Assembly (NCBI RefSeq): GCF_041747255.1
Contig: NZ_JBGTFM010000154.1
Coordinates: 1 to 44,516, forward strand
Source: Blastomonas sp.
GTDB taxonomy: Bacteria; Pseudomonadota; Alphaproteobacteria; Sphingomonadales; Sphingomonadaceae
Direction: 5' to 3'
Length of the DNA stretch: 44,516 nt
Shown here: positions 27,784 to 37,512 of the stretch, in pieces
Position numbering within the stretch: the stretch's first letter is position 1
Layout of the letters: the number at the start of each line of letters is the position of its first letter
The notes under the pieces: model-generated
Told to the model about the DNA's origin: nothing
Seen by the model: only the letters and a program-made list of their open reading frames with translations
The model's database searches: none
Translations under genes and position numbers: made by a program

Positions 27784-28833
27784 TCACCCCATTCTCGGCA
27801 CATCCGCAGGCGTCGCGCTGAAACTTGGCGCAGGCGCGGGCTGCAGCACGCCATCCACCTCGACGAACGTGCCGCGCTCCTTGTTCTGCGGGTGTTCGGG
27901 GGCCTCGCGCAGGCTTAGCACCGGGGCGAAGCAGATGTCGGTGTGTTCCATGATGGCGCACCAAGCGTCGCGGGTTTTGGTGAGAAACAATGCGGTCAGC
28001 TTGCCCTTCAGCGCGCTCCACTGGCGCGGGTCCATCTGCGCATCAAACGCCGGATCGTCGAGCCCGGCCTTATCGCGCAGCAGCGCATAAAATTGCGGTT
28101 CGATCGAGCCGATCGAGATGTATTTGCCATCAGCGCATTGATAAGTGTCGTAGAAATGCGCGCCGGTATCGAGGAGGTTGACCCCGCGTTCGTCGCGCCA
28201 CTGGCCGTTGGCGAGAAACGTATAGGTCATCGCCGACAGGATTGCCGCGCCGTCGGTCATCGCGCAGTCGATCACCTGGCCCTTGCCGGTGCTGCGCGCT
28301 GACAGGATGCCCGCGAGCATCCCGAATGCCATCATCATGCCGCCGCCGCCGAAATCACCCACCGCATTGACCGGCGGCGTGGGCTTGTCGCCCGCGCGGC
28401 CATAGCTGTGCAGCGCGCCCGAAAGCGCGATATAGTTGATGTCGTGCCCAGCAAAAGGCGCATATGGCCCGGTCTGACCCCAGCCTGTCATCCGGCCGAA
28501 CACCAGTTTCGGGTTGTCGGCCAGCAGCACATCGGGGCCAAGCCCCAGCCGCTCCATGACGCCGGGGCGAAAGCCCTCGATCAGCCCGTCGGCTTCTACA
28601 ACCAGCGCGCGGACTTGCGCGACGCCATCTTCGGACTTGAGGTCGAGCGCGATGACTTCGCGATTGCGGTTGAGGATGTCGCGGTTGCCGGCATCGCCAA
28701 CCATTTGGCGGGAGGATGCGCGCTCAATCCGGATGACGCGCGCGCCATGATCGGCGAGCATCATCGCGGCGAATGGGGCAGGGCCAATCCCCGCCAGTTC
28801 GATGATGGTCACCCCGTGCAATGCGCCTGGCAT
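27784..28833 (-). CDS. CaiB/BaiF family III CoA-transferase, alpha-methylacyl-CoA racemase-like
   Basis: ELAGIGPAPFAAMMLADHGA, EGFRPGVMERLGLG, GHDINY and GDFGGG motifs. Confidence 0.93.
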   Translation of the reverse strand: MPGALHGVTIIELAGIGPAPFAAMMLADHGARVIRIERASSRQMVGDAGNRDILNRNREVIALDLKSEDGVAQVRALVVEADGLIEGFRPGVMERLGLGPDVLLADNPKLVFGRMTGWGQTGPYAPFAGHDINYIALSGALHSYGRAGDKPTPPVNAVGDFGGGGMMMAFGMLAGILSARSTGKGQVIDCAMTDGAAILSAMTYTFLANGQWRDERGVNLLDTGAHFYDTYQCADGKYISIGSIEPQFYALLRDKAGLDDPAFDAQMDPRQWSALKGKLTALFLTKTRDAWCAIMEHTDICFAPVLSLREAPEHPQNKERGTFVEVDGVLQPAPAPSFSATPADVPRMG

Positions 28834-28937
28834 ATCGTGTCACTTTCAATTTAATTGATCGGTTAAGGGCGCGACGGTATCGCGGTGTGGCATGAATGCA
28901 AGCCTCAAACGGCAAGTTCGCATGTTGCAACGCCGCA

Positions 28938-28955
28938 GTTAATCGTCTGATTAAC
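28938..28955. promoter_or_regulatory. Candidate operator (inverted repeat) in divergent promoter region
   Basis: GTTAATC-gtct-GATTAAC perfect 7-bp inverted repeat between the CaiB gene and the TonB receptor. Confidence 0.5.
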
Positions 28956-29162
28956 AGGTTCCGTAGCGTCAACCGCGTGTTGCAATGCACAAGCGCGCAT
29001 TTCTGCGGGACTCGACGATTTCAGCGCGTTCGTATTTCGCGCCAACGACACAAAAAAATTGCATTGGTTCAGCGTTTGTGACAATTTTCTGATTGTGCTC
29101 AAAGCGGCAAAGATCGCTTGAGACACAAAAGCAACACTATGCTTTGCTTGTGGGAGAAGAGG

Positions 29163-31700
29163 ATGCGCACTTTGTTGAAGCCCGTTGCGGGCTTGCTCTG
29201 CACTGTTTCAATGACATCGATCGCCATGGCGCAGGATACGCAACGCGATGATGCGCCCGACCGCGACATCATCATCGTTACCGCCACGCTGCGCGCCGCC
29301 GATGTGCAGGACATCCCGCTCGCTGTGACCGCTGTCAGTCCCGAACAGCTCGATCGGCAAAATGTGCAGGACATCAAGGCGCTGACATCGATTTCACCCA
29401 GTTTCAACATCCAGTCATCACAAACCGAAAGCCAGGGCACATCGATCCGCATCCGCGGCGTCGGCACCACCGGCAACAACACGGGGCTCGAAAGCTCGGT
29501 CGGGGTGTTCATCGATGGCGTTTACCAATCACGCCCCGGCATCGCGCTGGGCGATCTGCTCGATCTGGAGCGGCTGGAAATTCTGCGCGGCCCACAAGGG
29601 ACGCTGTTTGGCCGCAACACTTCGGCAGGTGCACTCAACCTCACCACCAAGCGCCCTGACCTCAGCAAGGTCGAGGGCTTTGCCAATGCGACTTACGGCA
29701 ATTTCGACTTTTTCAACGTCCAGGCCGGGGTCAGCCTGCCGCTGGTAACCGATCAGCTGGGGATCCGCCTCTCAGGGGCCTATCGCAAGCGCGACGGCTA
29801 TCTGCGCAGTGTCATCGTACCGGGTGCCGAAAGCGGCAACCGTGACCGCTTCATTGTGCGCGGGCAGCTGCTGTGGGAGCCTTCGCCCGATATCAGCATT
29901 CGGCTGATCGGCGATTATGCCGAGGCGAATGAAAACTGCTGCGACGCGGTGATCGTGCGCGAAACCGAGCTGCAGCCGTTCTTTGCCTTCCACGGTCTGG
30001 CGAGCGACGGGGTTGACGCGTTCGGTCGTGATGCGTTGGTGCGGCGGCGCACCAACAGCCAGCAGTTCAATAATGACACCGAGCAATATGGCTTTTCCGG
30101 CGAGCTGAAATGGGATTTCGGCCCCGCGCAGATGACCTATATCGGTTCGTATCGGCGGTTTGAGGCGTCATCGGATCAGGAATCCGATTTCGTCGGGCTG
30201 AATGTGTTCAGCTCTGGCGCGGGATCGACCGCAGCCCCGACAACGCCAAGCAACGGCGGCCCGATCAAGACGATGACCCACGAACTGCGCTTTCAGGGCA
30301 GCGCATTCAACGATGCGCTCGATTTTCTTGTCGGCGCTTACTATTCGGATGAAAGCATTGATGAAATCCAGACGCTGACGCTGGGCGCCGATTATCAGCG
30401 CGCGGTCAGCGCGGGCAATTTCGCCAATGTCGCCGGGGTCAATCCGCTGTTCGCGCTGACAGCGCTGGGCAATGGCGGGGTACCGGTCAATGCGGCGGGC
30501 AATTTCGCCATCAACCGCTTCCAGCAAGAAGCAAAGAGCTTTTCGATCTTCACCCACAACGTCATCAATTTCACCGACAACATCAGCCTCACGCTCGGCG
30601 CGCGCTATGTTGACGAGAAAAAGGACGGCAGCTTCGATCAGTTGGCGGCATCGTCACCAGCGTGTCAGGCGATCACCAATGGTGTGATCGCCGGGACCAT
30701 TCCTGCGGCGTTGCGCGCCGGGGCGCTGGGGCTGACCTGCTTCCCGTTCTCAACCTCGGTGGGGATTACCGTGCCAGGCACTGGCGGCACGGTGCTCGCC
30801 AGCACCATCCCCGGCCTGCCGCTGCCGCGCGAATATGATCTGCGGTTCAAGGATGACGAACTGACCTATACCGCGCAGCTCGCCTATAACAGCAACAATG
30901 GCTTCCTTGCCTATGCAGGCTTCAGCCGCGGGTTCAAATCGGGGGGGTTCAACCTTGACCCTGCCGCCGCCGCGAACGGTGCAGACCCGCGGTTCAACTC
31001 TGAAAAAGTCGATGCTTATGAGGCTGGCATCAAGACCACCTTCGCCAACGGACGCATCCGCGCCAATCTGGCGCTGTTCCACATGGAGATGACCGATTTC
31101 CAGGTGCTTGAATTCACCGGGGTCCAGTTCCAGACCTTCAATGTCGGGGCGGCCAAATCGACCGGGGCAGAGCTTGAAATGTTCGGACAGTTCGATTCGG
31201 GCATTTCAGTCAACCTTGCGGTGACCTATGCCGATGCGCGCTATCCGGGCAATTGTGCGGTCGGCGTAACCGGCAACGCGGCGACCTTGCAGACAGTGCG
31301 CAGCCTGTGCGGGGCGGACCTCACCAATGCGCCAAAGCTGACCGGGGTGTTCGGCATCACCTATGATAACCAGATCACCGATTCCGGCTGGAAGATGCTG
31401 GCCAATTTCAACATCGCCTATTCGGACGACAGGCGCACCAGCACATCGCCGCTGGACACCAACGGCTTGCCGATCCCACTCGATATTCAGGACAGCTATT
31501 TCAAGATGAACGCGCGGCTGGGCTTTACTACCCCGGATGACCGGTTCAGCTTTGAACTGTGGGGCACCAACCTGAATGACGAAATCACGCGCGGCATCAC
31601 CGCCAACACCCCACTGCGCGGCGGTGCGGGTACGCGCTCGCGCATCGGCTTTATTGAAGAGCCTCGCATGTACGGCATCACGCTGCGGGCCAAATATTGA
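29163..31700 (+). CDS. TonB-dependent outer membrane receptor
   Basis: Signal peptide, IIIVTA, SVGVFIDGV, RLEILRGPQGTLFGRN and PRMYG..Y C-terminus. Start placed at ATG 29163 after GGGAGAAGAGG. Confidence 0.93.
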   Translation: MRTLLKPVAGLLCTVSMTSIAMAQDTQRDDAPDRDIIIVTATLRAADVQDIPLAVTAVSPEQLDRQNVQDIKALTSISPSFNIQSSQTESQGTSIRIRGVGTTGNNTGLESSVGVFIDGVYQSRPGIALGDLLDLERLEILRGPQGTLFGRNTSAGALNLTTKRPDLSKVEGFANATYGNFDFFNVQAGVSLPLVTDQLGIRLSGAYRKRDGYLRSVIVPGAESGNRDRFIVRGQLLWEPSPDISIRLIGDYAEANENCCDAVIVRETELQPFFAFHGLASDGVDAFGRDALVRRRTNSQQFNNDTEQYGFSGELKWDFGPAQMTYIGSYRRFEASSDQESDFVGLNVFSSGAGSTAAPTTPSNGGPIKTMTHELRFQGSAFNDALDFLVGAYYSDESIDEIQTLTLGADYQRAVSAGNFANVAGVNPLFALTALGNGGVPVNAAGNFAINRFQQEAKSFSIFTHNVINFTDNISLTLGARYVDEKKDGSFDQLAASSPACQAITNGVIAGTIPAALRAGALGLTCFPFSTSVGITVPGTGGTVLASTIPGLPLPREYDLRFKDDELTYTAQLAYNSNNGFLAYAGFSRGFKSGGFNLDPAAAANGADPRFNSEKVDAYEAGIKTTFANGRIRANLALFHMEMTDFQVLEFTGVQFQTFNVGAAKSTGAELEMFGQFDSGISVNLAVTYADARYPGNCAVGVTGNAATLQTVRSLCGADLTNAPKLTGVFGITYDNQITDSGWKMLANFNIAYSDDRRTSTSPLDTNGLPIPLDIQDSYFKMNARLGFTTPDDRFSFELWGTNLNDEITRGITANTPLRGGAGTRSRIGFIEEPRMYGITLRAKY

Positions 31701-31783
31701 TACGCATCATTGATGGGAGACAGTGTCTGCGGACTTAAGCATTTCGGCCTAAGTGACCAATGACATTGAACATCAATGCACTG

Positions 31784-31814
31784 GGGCGGCCCTTTTCAGG
31801 ACCGCCCTTTTTTT
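31784..31814 (+). terminator. Rho-independent terminator
   Basis: GGGCGG.CCT-tttc-AGG.CCGCCC followed by T7. Confidence 0.8.
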
Positions 31815-31844
31815 GTGCCTGTATGGTGCCGGGTAACGCAGCGA

Positions 31845-32843
31845 TTACTTGTCGCCGAAGGCATCCGCGATCGAACAGGCTGCCGGGCCGAGGATAACGA
31901 CGAACAGCGTCGGCAGAATGAACAGGATCAGCGGAATGGTCATGATCGCGGGCAGCCGCGCGGCCTTTTCCTCGGCCCGCATCATGCGTTCGTTGCGAAA
32001 TTCGGCAGACAGCACACGCAGCGCGGACGCCAGCGGTGTGCCGTATTTCTCGGTCTGGATCATGGTCGTCACCACCCCGCGCACTGAATCGAGCGCAACG
32101 CGATAGGCCAGGTTCTCAAACGCCTGTCGCCGCTCGGTCAGGAAGGCGAGTTCGATTGCGGTGAGGGCAAACTCGTCGCCCAGCTCCGGATAGGCCCGGC
32201 CGAGTTCCTTGGCGACGCGATTGAAGGCGGCGTCCACGGTCAGCCCGGCTTCGGCGCAGATCACCAGCAGGTCGAGCGCGTCAGGAAGCCCCTTGCGGAT
32301 CAGGTCGGTGCGCTTGGTGATCATGTTCTGGACGAAGATGTCGGGCGCCTTGTAGCTGCTGATCAGGATGGCGGCGAACAGGCCGAACTTCTTCATCGGT
32401 GTCCAGTCGGGCACCAGAATGCCAAAGCCATAGATCGCCAGCGCTGCCCCGCCGCCGAGCACAATCGGCAGCATCATGCGGCCAAAGATGATCGCCACGG
32501 CAACGTCTTTTGAGCGGATGCCGGCCTGGGCGAGCTTCTGCTGCGCGGACTTGAGCTGTTCGTCCTGCAACACGCGCAGCGACTGCAGCGTGCTGCGCAT
32601 CTTGTCGGTGGTATCGTTGCGGTGAACGATCCGCGTGCGTTTCTTGGCGGTTGAAGCGGTGATGCCGGCCTTCAGCTGCTCGCGCCGCTCATTGAGCGCT
32701 TTGACCCGCTTGGCCATGGGATCGCGCACTGTGGTCGCTGCATAGATGGCAATCAACACCGCAAGCGTGGCGATCGCAGCCAGCATTGTCGCCACAAAGA
32801 CGACATCAATCCCTATCAGGGTCGGGTTGGCAGCATTTGGCAC
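31845..32843 (-). CDS. tadC: Tad pilus platform protein TadC (T2SS-F family)
   Basis: LPDALDLLVICAEAG, QTEKYGTP and RAEEKAARL motifs. Confidence 0.92.
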   Translation of the reverse strand: MPNAANPTLIGIDVVFVATMLAAIATLAVLIAIYAATTVRDPMAKRVKALNERREQLKAGITASTAKKRTRIVHRNDTTDKMRSTLQSLRVLQDEQLKSAQQKLAQAGIRSKDVAVAIIFGRMMLPIVLGGGAALAIYGFGILVPDWTPMKKFGLFAAILISSYKAPDIFVQNMITKRTDLIRKGLPDALDLLVICAEAGLTVDAAFNRVAKELGRAYPELGDEFALTAIELAFLTERRQAFENLAYRVALDSVRGVVTTMIQTEKYGTPLASALRVLSAEFRNERMMRAEEKAARLPAIMTIPLILFILPTLFVVILGPAACSIADAFGDK

Positions 32844-32861
32844 TGGTCCGTATCCCCCAAA

Positions 32862-33833
32862 TCAGATTTCAAAGCTGACCATTTTGGCCATGATGAACAC
32901 ACCGATGCTCATCCAGAGCAAGCCACCGAGCCCGGCAATCATCAGCCGTTCTTCGCTGAAGAAACCGGCAAGATATTCGGGGTTCACCCACCAGATCATG
33001 ATGAAGACGAGAAACGGCAACGCGCCGACGATATAGGCTGAGGCTTTGGATTCGGACGAGAGCGCCTTGATCTTAAGCTTCATCTGCGCGCGTGACCGCA
33101 GCACGGCGCCTAGGTTCGACAGGGTTTCAGCCAGATTGCCGCCGGTTTCGCGCTGGATGGCGAGCGTGATGCAGAAAAAGTTGAATTCCGGCAGCGCCAG
33201 TCGGTTTGCGCTTTCTTGCAGCGCGTCCTCCATCGACCGGCCAATCTTGATCCGTTCGGTGACCAGCTTGAATTCCTCGCCCACCGGGCCCGGAATTTCT
33301 TTGGCGACGACCTGCAGCGTCTCGGTCACCGGCAGACCAGAGCGCAAGCCGCGAACCAGCAGATCAATGGCATCGGCAAAGCGGGCAATGAACTTGGCGA
33401 GACGGCGCTTGATGAAATGACTGACGACCATATGCGGCAGGCCAAAGCCGACTGCGGCGCCGATGGCCGCGCTCATTGCCAATTGCCCGGTCCTGAAATA
33501 GACGAGTAGCGCCACGACAAGGCCCAGGCCCACCACAACCTGCAAAAACTTGCGCACGGTCCATGACTTGCCGGTCATCGCAAGCCGGCGGCCAAGCATC
33601 TCGGTCTTGGTCAGGCTTTCGGTGGTCTGGTTGAAGCGTGGCTTGCGGTTGGCGATGGCCTTGCGCATCTGCGCTTCGACCTTTGCGGTGGCGTTTTCGC
33701 TGTGCCGCTCGCGCACCACCAGAATCCGCCGCTGCAGTTCCTTGCGCGAGGAAGGGCCGGCGAACGCCATAATCACCATCGTCAGCACGGCCAATGTACC
33801 AAGTGCCAACATCAATGTTTGCGCCATGCTCAT
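32862..33833 (-). CDS. tadB: Tad pilus platform protein TadB (T2SS-F family)
   Basis: FADAIDLLVRGLRSGLP, IQRETGGNLAETL and ALSSESKASA motifs. Confidence 0.92.
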   Translation of the reverse strand: MSMAQTLMLALGTLAVLTMVIMAFAGPSSRKELQRRILVVRERHSENATAKVEAQMRKAIANRKPRFNQTTESLTKTEMLGRRLAMTGKSWTVRKFLQVVVGLGLVVALLVYFRTGQLAMSAAIGAAVGFGLPHMVVSHFIKRRLAKFIARFADAIDLLVRGLRSGLPVTETLQVVAKEIPGPVGEEFKLVTERIKIGRSMEDALQESANRLALPEFNFFCITLAIQRETGGNLAETLSNLGAVLRSRAQMKLKIKALSSESKASAYIVGALPFLVFIMIWWVNPEYLAGFFSEERLMIAGLGGLLWMSIGVFIMAKMVSFEI

Positions 33834-33887
33834 GCGATTTGCCCATCCTCATCCGGCCCTGCTTTCCCATCGGGCAAGCAGCTGGCC

Positions 33888-35168
33888 TTATTTTGCCTTG
33901 GCGGGCTTTGCCGGCAGCAGCGACCTGAAGTCACTGAATTTGCCAAGCAGGGATTTTTTTGCGCCGCCCTTGTCCTTTTCCGTCACGACCTCCTCGTCGG
34001 CCAGGCCCAGGCAACGTTCGGTCAGCGCCTTCATCACCACGCCTGCCTTGCTCGATTTGCCCGCTTCGCAGAACGGTTGGCCAAGCTTGGCAGCCTGCGC
34101 AGCGGTCTTAAGGTCAGCCGGGATGAGGAAATCGATCTTGTGTTCGATGGTCGTCTCAAAATCGGCGCGGGTGATTTCCAGCGCAGCAGGCTGCACCTTG
34201 TTGGCGACCACCAAGATGCGCGCGACCGGTGCGTTGGACTTGAGCCAGGCCAGCAAGCGAATTGCGTCGCGTGCCGATGCCAGCGTCAGCTCGGTCACCA
34301 GAATTGCGATGTTGGTGTCAGAGACAAGATGTGGATAGTCGATCAGCATCTGGCGCGGCAGATCGACCACCGTGGCTTCAAAGGCGTGGCGGAATTCTTC
34401 CTTCAGCTGGAAAAACGCCGCGCCGTCCGTCATCAACGGCGCGCTGATCGGCGCTTCGGCGGACAGGATGGAGAGCTTGTCATTGGCCTTGATCATCGCG
34501 CGCTCGATAAACAGCCCATCGATGCGGCTGGGGTTGTCGATGGCGTCGGTCAGGCCGCGACCGGGCTCAAGGTCCATGGTCAGCGCACCGGTGCCAAAAT
34601 GCAGGTCAAGATCAAGCAACGCCGTCATCCGCCCGGAATATTTGCTGAGTTGCCAGGCAAGCGAGGTCGCAACGGTCGATCCGCCCACGCCGCCGCGCGT
34701 GCCGATGACCATAACACCGATATGCGTGCGGTCAGCTACCACTTCGCCCGGCTTGGGCGCGGTCAGCACTGCCTGCGCCTGCATGACCGTATCGCGCAGC
34801 TGTTCAGGGCCGACCGGCTTGAGCAGATAGTCGTGCAAGCCACTGGAGATCAGATCGCGGTAAAGCCGGACGTCATTGACCTGGCCCATGGCAATAACCA
34901 CGGTCCCAGGTTCGCAAACCTCTGCCAGCGCGTTGATGTCGTTGAGCGGATCGCCCGATTCCGACAGGTCAACCAGCAGGATGTTGGGACTGGCGGTGAC
35001 TGAGAGCGACTGCACGGCATTGCGCAGGCCGCCCTTGTGGCACTTTTCGGTTGGCCAGCCCATGTTGACGGCAAGACCTCGCACGATGTCGAGCGATGAC
35101 TCATCGCAGATAAAGGCGGCAAATGGATCGCGCGTGCCAGAGATGCCAGGTTTCCAGGGTGCGTTCAC
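33888..35168 (-). CDS. cpaE: Pilus localisation protein CpaE/TadZ
   Basis: N-terminal pseudo-receiver (NDVRLYRDL..G..DYL.KP), degenerate MinD-like GTRGGVGGST and LDLDLHFG. Confidence 0.88.
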   Translation of the reverse strand: MNAPWKPGISGTRDPFAAFICDESSLDIVRGLAVNMGWPTEKCHKGGLRNAVQSLSVTASPNILLVDLSESGDPLNDINALAEVCEPGTVVIAMGQVNDVRLYRDLISSGLHDYLLKPVGPEQLRDTVMQAQAVLTAPKPGEVVADRTHIGVMVIGTRGGVGGSTVATSLAWQLSKYSGRMTALLDLDLHFGTGALTMDLEPGRGLTDAIDNPSRIDGLFIERAMIKANDKLSILSAEAPISAPLMTDGAAFFQLKEEFRHAFEATVVDLPRQMLIDYPHLVSDTNIAILVTELTLASARDAIRLLAWLKSNAPVARILVVANKVQPAALEITRADFETTIEHKIDFLIPADLKTAAQAAKLGQPFCEAGKSSKAGVVMKALTERCLGLADEEVVTEKDKGGAKKSLLGKFSDFRSLLPAKPAKAK

Positions 35169-35809
35169 TGCGATCCTCCACCAGTCTGGGTCGAGCTTTC
35201 CTTCAGGCCCTGCGCGCCGGTCGGCTCAGCCTCACGATATTGCTTGATGGCGCGATCAGAGCGCTGGGTGGCAACAGTGCCGCTGCCCGGCTCGCCGCGC
35301 ACCAGATCTTCCTTGTTCGCTACCATCGACGCCAGGTTGCTGTTGGTGGCGCAGCCGTAGTTGCTACTGGTCGCGTTGTTGTAGTTCATTTCCATCTTGG
35401 TTTTCCAGTCAGGGCAACCGGGTACCGAGGCGGTGCTGCGGGTCACGACCACGCGCACCGTGCCGGGGGCGATGGTGCCGGGTGTCACCGGGGCGACATC
35501 GCTGACCTGCAGGCCATGACGCGATGCAGCCGCCTCGACCGATGACTGCACCACGACGTTGCCGCCCGAAGGATCATCAATCGCCACCCGGTCGCCGTAG
35601 CCCAGCTCCATCGCGCCGAACCATTCGGCCAGCCGCTTCTGTTCCTCAAGCGCCAGCGTGCCATTGCGCGTGTCAAGATCGAGCGCAAAATTGCTGCGCT
35701 GGACAACGGGCTGATGCACGCTTTCCAGCATGCGGTTGCTCGACATGTTGCCACAGCCGGACAGCGTGATCATCGCTGTTGCTGCGATGGCTGCATGATA
35801 TGCGCGCAT
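35165..35809 (-). CDS. cpaD: Pilus assembly lipoprotein CpaD
   Basis: Lipobox LSGC, CPDW and NYGCATNSNLA.MVA..DL motifs. Start placed at ATG 35809 after GAGGAG. Confidence 0.87.
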   Translation of the reverse strand: MRAYHAAIAATAMITLSGCGNMSSNRMLESVHQPVVQRSNFALDLDTRNGTLALEEQKRLAEWFGAMELGYGDRVAIDDPSGGNVVVQSSVEAAASRHGLQVSDVAPVTPGTIAPGTVRVVVTRSTASVPGCPDWKTKMEMNYNNATSSNYGCATNSNLASMVANKEDLVRGEPGSGTVATQRSDRAIKQYREAEPTGAQGLKESSTQTGGGSQ

Positions 35810-35838
35810 TGTATTTCTCCTCACGACCGCCCCTGACC

Positions 35839-37512
35839 TTATTCGAACGAAAAGCCCGGGCTGGCGGATGCCACCGTGCCGGGTTTAACCTGGCGATTTT
35901 TCGCCGCGCGCGCCTCACGCCTGGGTTTGGCAGGCTCAGACGGCATCGCCCGAGGCTGCATCGGCAACGCGCCAAAATTCGGTGCGCTGTCAGCAGGCTG
36001 TTCAACGCTAGGCTTGGGCCGGTCGCCGCCGGTGATGCCGCTTGAATCCTGATTGTTGATCAGCTGCTCGGCCATATTGGCAGACCGCAGCGCGTCGGTC
36101 GGCAGCACAATGTCGTTGGCATTGACCGGCTTGACCAGATACGGTGTCACGACGATCACCAGTTCGGTTTCGCCGCGCTGATACTCGCGTGACTTGAACA
36201 GGTTGCCGAGCACCGGCATATCGCCAAGGCCGGGGGCTTTTTCGATCAGGCTCTGCGAGGAATTGCTGAGCAGACCGGCGATCATGAAGCTTTCCCCCGA
36301 CCCCAGCTCGACCGTCGTTTCGGCGCGGCGGGTGGTCAATGCGGGCACCTGAAAGCCGTTGAGCGTGATCGAGCCGACGGTTGACAGTTCAGACACTTCG
36401 GGACGCACCCGCATCGAGATGCGGCCATTGGCGAGCACGGTAGGGGTATAGGCCAGGCTGACCCCGAAATTCTTGTATTCGATGGTTGTCGTGCCCAGAC
36501 CCTGGTTGATCGGGATCGGAAACTCGCCGCCCGCCAGGAAGTCCGCCGTTTCACCCGAAAGCGTGGTCAGGTTGGGCTGCGACAGCGTCGTCACCAGCCC
36601 AACGCGTTCGGCAAGATCAAAGGCCGTGGCGACATCGAGCCCGAACAGGCGGCCAGCCAGCTGTACCGCAGTGGTGCCATCTGTGGGCGTGTTGAACGTC
36701 GTGCTTGTGCCGCCAACAACGAACTGACCCGTCGCCGGATTGAACGGCAGGCTCAGCGTGCCTGCAGGGAAGCCAAACTGCGAAGAGGCATCGATGCGCG
36801 GGAAGTTGGCCGATGGCACCGCTTCACCAATCGTGGCGAAGCTGCGGTTTGCCCGGCCGATCCCGAACAGGAACCCGCCGGTGGTATCGCGGGTCAACAG
36901 GTTGGCGCCGATTTCGCGCACCAGCGAGCGGCTGACCTCGGCGATGCGCACCTGCAGGTTAACCTGCAGCGGGGTCGCGGTTTTCAGGCGACTGATGACT
37001 TTAACTTCTTCGCCGACAAAGGCCTGCACCAGACGTTCTGCCTCGGCACTATCAACCGGGGCACCCACGGTGCCGGTCAGCAGCACAATGCCGTTCAGGG
37101 TGCTCACCCGCACCTTGGCATCGGGCATGGCCAGCGTCAGCATCTGGTCAATCGAATCGAGGTTCGATCCTACGCGGATCGTTGCCGAATAGACGACCTG
37201 ACCGGCGGCGTTGCTGGCATACAGCGTGGTTTCGCCGCCCGCCTTGCCGAACACGTAAACCTGGTTTGCGGTCTTGACCTGCACATCGGCGATCTCGGTA
37301 TCCGCGATGAACAGATCGCTCATTTTGCCGGGCAGGTTGATCAGCTGCCCGCGACCGATGGAGAGCACCAGCGTGTCCTGCGGGCGCTGCATGCCCGACT
37401 GCGCGTTGGCTGCGCCCGCCAGGATCGGGGCGAGCCCCGTGAAGGTGCCGACCGTCGCAATTGTTCCGCACAGCAAAGCGGTTTTGATCATATTAGAGAT
37501 ACGCATGATCAT
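35839..37512 (-). CDS. cpaC: Tad secretin CpaC/RcpA
   Basis: QVNLQVRIAEVSR, PNLTTLSGETADFLAGGEFPIP and ETELVIVVTP motifs. Confidence 0.93.
   Translation of the reverse strand: MIMRISNMIKTALLCGTIATVGTFTGLAPILAGAANAQSGMQRPQDTLVLSIGRGQLINLPGKMSDLFIADTEIADVQVKTANQVYVFGKAGGETTLYASNAAGQVVYSATIRVGSNLDSIDQMLTLAMPDAKVRVSTLNGIVLLTGTVGAPVDSAEAERLVQAFVGEEVKVISRLKTATPLQVNLQVRIAEVSRSLVREIGANLLTRDTTGGFLFGIGRANRSFATIGEAVPSANFPRIDASSQFGFPAGTLSLPFNPATGQFVVGGTSTTFNTPTDGTTAVQLAGRLFGLDVATAFDLAERVGLVTTLSQPNLTTLSGETADFLAGGEFPIPINQGLGTTTIEYKNFGVSLAYTPTVLANGRISMRVRPEVSELSTVGSITLNGFQVPALTTRRAETTVELGSGESFMIAGLLSNSSQSLIEKAPGLGDMPVLGNLFKSREYQRGETELVIVVTPYLVKPVNANDIVLPTDALRSANMAEQLINNQDSSGITGGDRPKPSVEQPADSAPNFGALPMQPRAMPSEPAKPRREARAAKNRQVKPGTVASASPGFSFE

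Noticed and set aside
28851-28866. TTAA..TTAA as a canonical CtrA box
   Set aside because: The spacer is 8 nt, not the 7 nt of TTAA-N7-TTAA.
31708-31778. Cloverleaf-like fold as a tRNA
   Set aside because: No T-loop GTTC motif, no proper D-arm or 7-nt anticodon loop, and no CCA; kept only as a structured UTR candidate.
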